Positions 61,300 through 64,000 of a stretch of 64,000 nt of DNA are shown in pieces; the first letter of the stretch is position 1; every line of letters starts with the position of its first letter. The position numbers were made by a program, and so were the translations under genes. This DNA comes from Felis catus (lineage: Eukaryota): the NCBI RefSeq assembly GCF_018350175.1, contig NC_058384.1, forward strand, positions 67,332,001-67,396,000. The letters run 5' to 3'. The notes beneath the pieces were generated by a model. That model saw only the letters and a list, made by a program, of their open reading frames with translations, did not search any database and was not told the origin of the DNA.

Positions 61300-61365
61300 T
61301 CCCCAACCCCCACCACGGTGAGCAGGAGGAGGACTGGCCTTAGGGAGGGAGACTGCGGTCGAAAC
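61300..61365 (-). CDS. Candidate exon of the uncharacterised gene (donor ambiguous: 61314 or 61300)
   Basis: Strong acceptor ctatcctattttcag|G. Reads either FRPQSPSLRPVLLLLTV|gtgggg or VSTAVSLPKASPPPAHRGGGWG|gtgagg, and both end in phase 0. Confidence 0.35.
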
Positions 61366-62329
61366 CTGAAAATAGGATAGAACCTCAAAGGGCATCAAGA
61401 CGCGGCTCATGTAGACTCTGGAATCCACCCTGGACTCCGCCTTTGCTGGAGAGAACTTTAACAAGAGGTAGAAAATAGTCCACCCAAAACTTCGGTGGCC
61501 AGGTGCATCTGAGACTTCCAAGGGATCCAAGGACTTAGAAGGGCCCCTTGGTGTTCGTAGGATCCTAGATTCTTCCGAAAGTCATACAGGGCATTTTGGA
61601 GAAAACTGATTACGGACTCCGCCTCAGAAAATAGTATATTATGTCAATGTCAAACTTCGTGGGCGTGATAATGTTACTGTGGTTATGGAAGACAATGTTC
61701 TTGTTCTTGGCCGGCACGGGGTGTGCTCAGAGAGGGGGTCTAAGACACCCTTCAGGATTTCTGCTCACCCAGTGCCAACCTGGCTTGCAGAACCAAGAAC
61801 TGAGGTTGAGTAGCTAGGAAGAAGTGATTGGCCTCGCAGAGCCCAGCCAAGTCCCCTGTGGCTCCAGAGGCGGGAAAGTAGAGGGAGGGAAAGGGGGAGG
61901 GGCACTATGGGGGGAGGGAGGAGCCTCTGGATAAGACTGAGGGTGTGGCCTTGCTAGGGGTGTGGCTATGCTTCTAGGAACCCACAGCCTGAGAGAGCAT
62001 CGAATGTCTTAGTGGATGCCAAGGAGGAAAAGTATTGATACCCAAGCACCGTGCCTCTGGCACAACAGGAGACCTCTAGAAAATTAGAGACACCTCTGGA
62101 GACAATGGCTGGGGAGCCCCTACACTAACAGAGATTAAGGGCCTGCTACTGTGTAGAAAAAAGGACTGGAAATAGAAACTAGGTTTGATTACAGAAAAAT
62201 AAGGTAGTTAACATTTCTTGGACATCTCGATATTTATCCTGACGTTTATACTCGTTATTTCAGAATTTGATTTTTTTTCTATGAGAATATAAACATGTAT
62301 TACTTATGTAAACTAAAAATGAGTTTATT

Positions 62330-62527
62330 GGGGCACGTGGGTGGCTCAGTCGGTTGACCTGGGCTCAGGGCATGATCTCATGGCTCATGAGTTCGAGCCC
62401 CGCGTTGGGCTCTGTGCTGACAGCTCAGAGCCTGGAGCCTGCTTCGGATTCTGTGTCTCCTCTCCCTCTGCACCTCCCCTGCTCACACTCTGTCTCTCTC
62501 TCTCAAAATAAATAAACATCAAAAATA
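62330..62527 (+). mobile_element. Can-SINE within an old L1 3'-end fragment
   Basis: SINEC head and tail, followed by an L1MB-like 3' end at about 62530-62805. Confidence 0.9.
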
Positions 62528-63708
62528 TGAATTTATCGCACGATTCCATTTAGATGGGGTACGTAGAGTAGTCGGATTCATGGAAACAGAAAGCAGTGAT
62601 GTTGCCAGGGGGTGGCGGGAGACAGGAATGGGTATTATTGTTACATGGGTACAGATTTCAGTTCGAGACGTTGAAAAATTTCTGGAGACGGATGGTGATG
62701 TGGTCACATAACAACGTGAATGTGTTTAACGCCAGTGAACTGTACACTTTAAGTGGTTAAAAACGGCAAGTTCCATGTTGGATATATATTTACCGCAATA
62801 AAAAATGAACCCGGAAAAAGAGAAATGTGGCAGAATTACGGTCATAGCTGTGATTCTGGATGCTTCTTGGAAACTGGCATGGCTCGCTCACAGAAGGCCC
62901 CTCCCGCCAGTTTATGAGCTCCCGGGTTGGGCAGCAAGGCTCTATTTCTGGACACCTGCCTGGCCACCAGCCAAAAAGCAGCTTGCCACTTCCTCCTCAG
63001 CTTCGCCACACACTGCCTTGGTCGCCCTCTTGTTACAGATCCCAAAAGAGAGGTCGGTGGGCAGCTTGGGCTCTGTCTTGCGCATCGGGAAACAGGGCAT
63101 GGAACCCGTGACCCAGAGGAGACACCTAGGCAGCCTCACGTGGGCTCTGCAAGCCTCTCCGTTCTGGGCACCCGGGTCCCTGCACGTCTAACAAGGCTCT
63201 ACGTTGGTTTGGTCTTCCTTCGAGGAGGGCAGGCAGCAACTGTATTCTGCCGGAAGTCTTTCAACAGAAACGTTTCCCTCAGCAACTGATTGCCAGAGTC
63301 TTCTAGTCAGAATAGATTCTAATGGGGAGAAGTAGACAGAGATGATGTGTCTTCACCAACCCATGCCTTGTCTTGAGACTTTCCATCCACAGTGGGATGT
63401 GCCAGGGTCCCGGGGGGTGAAATGGTCCATTCACACAATTTCCCAGGTTTTCTCTGGTCCTAGAGAAAGAAAGGACATGGGGCGTGCAATTCCAAGGGGG
63501 TTGCGAAGCAGAGTCACTGGACGTAGGTCCCTGTGGTAACCAGTGGATGGGAGTATCCTATCCTGTCACAAGTCGGGTGTCTATTTCCTTCTCAAATGTC
63601 CACAGCCCAAAGCACCAAGAGGCAGGATTTCTGAGGCAGAGTCAACTGCCTTTTTAGAGAACATTAGAATTAAAACAAAGCAACGTATTCATCAAAAAGA
63701 CGCAGTGA

Positions 63709-63910
63709 GGGGCACCTGGGTGGCTCAGTCGGTTAAGCGTCCGACCTCAGGTCATGATCTCACGGTTCATGGGTTCGAGCCCCGCGTCGGGCTCTGTGCT
63801 GACAGCTGGGAGCCTGGAGCCTGCTTCGGACTCTGTGTCTCCCTCTCTCTCTCCCCCTCCCCGCCCTCCCCGCATCTCTCTCTTTCAAAAATACCCCCCC
63901 CCAAAAAAAA
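63709..63910 (+). mobile_element. Can-SINE
   Basis: GGGGCACCTGGGTGGCTCAGTCGGTTAAGCGTCCGAC head and CT tract. Confidence 0.93.
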
Positions 63911-64000
63911 GACACAATGAAGAGAATGAAAAGACAAACCAAGGACCGGGAAGTCCCACGCTAACCTCCTTCAGAGCACCGAGGACAGCGCCACGAACCT

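Overview
This is mammalian genomic DNA from a carnivore, most likely a felid, judging by the tRNA-derived Can-SINEs and a young L1 3' end. It is syntenic with human 1q22 in reverse orientation: LMNA-upstream region, MEX3A (+), RAB25 (-), LAMTOR2 (-), UBQLN4 (+), with SSR2 expected beyond the right edge. RAB25 (213 aa) and LAMTOR2 (125 aa) reconstruct completely from GT-AG exons. MEX3A exon 1, most of UBQLN4 exon 1 and UBQLN4 exon 6 fall in N-gaps. The main unexplained signal is a spliced, apparently protein-coding gene on the minus strand at about 58940-61365, convergent with UBQLN4. Its reading frame is absent from the ORF track, but its exons join in phase, 107 of 110 terminal codons end in G/C, and it has its own AATAAA. 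One exon resembles, from memory, the conserved C-terminal block of SNAPC2. Secondary observations include a duplicated 3' splice site in the last UBQLN4 exon that could give a UBA-less isoform, an overlapping uORF on RAB25, and candidate MEX3 autoregulatory and let-7 sites in the MEX3A 3'UTR.
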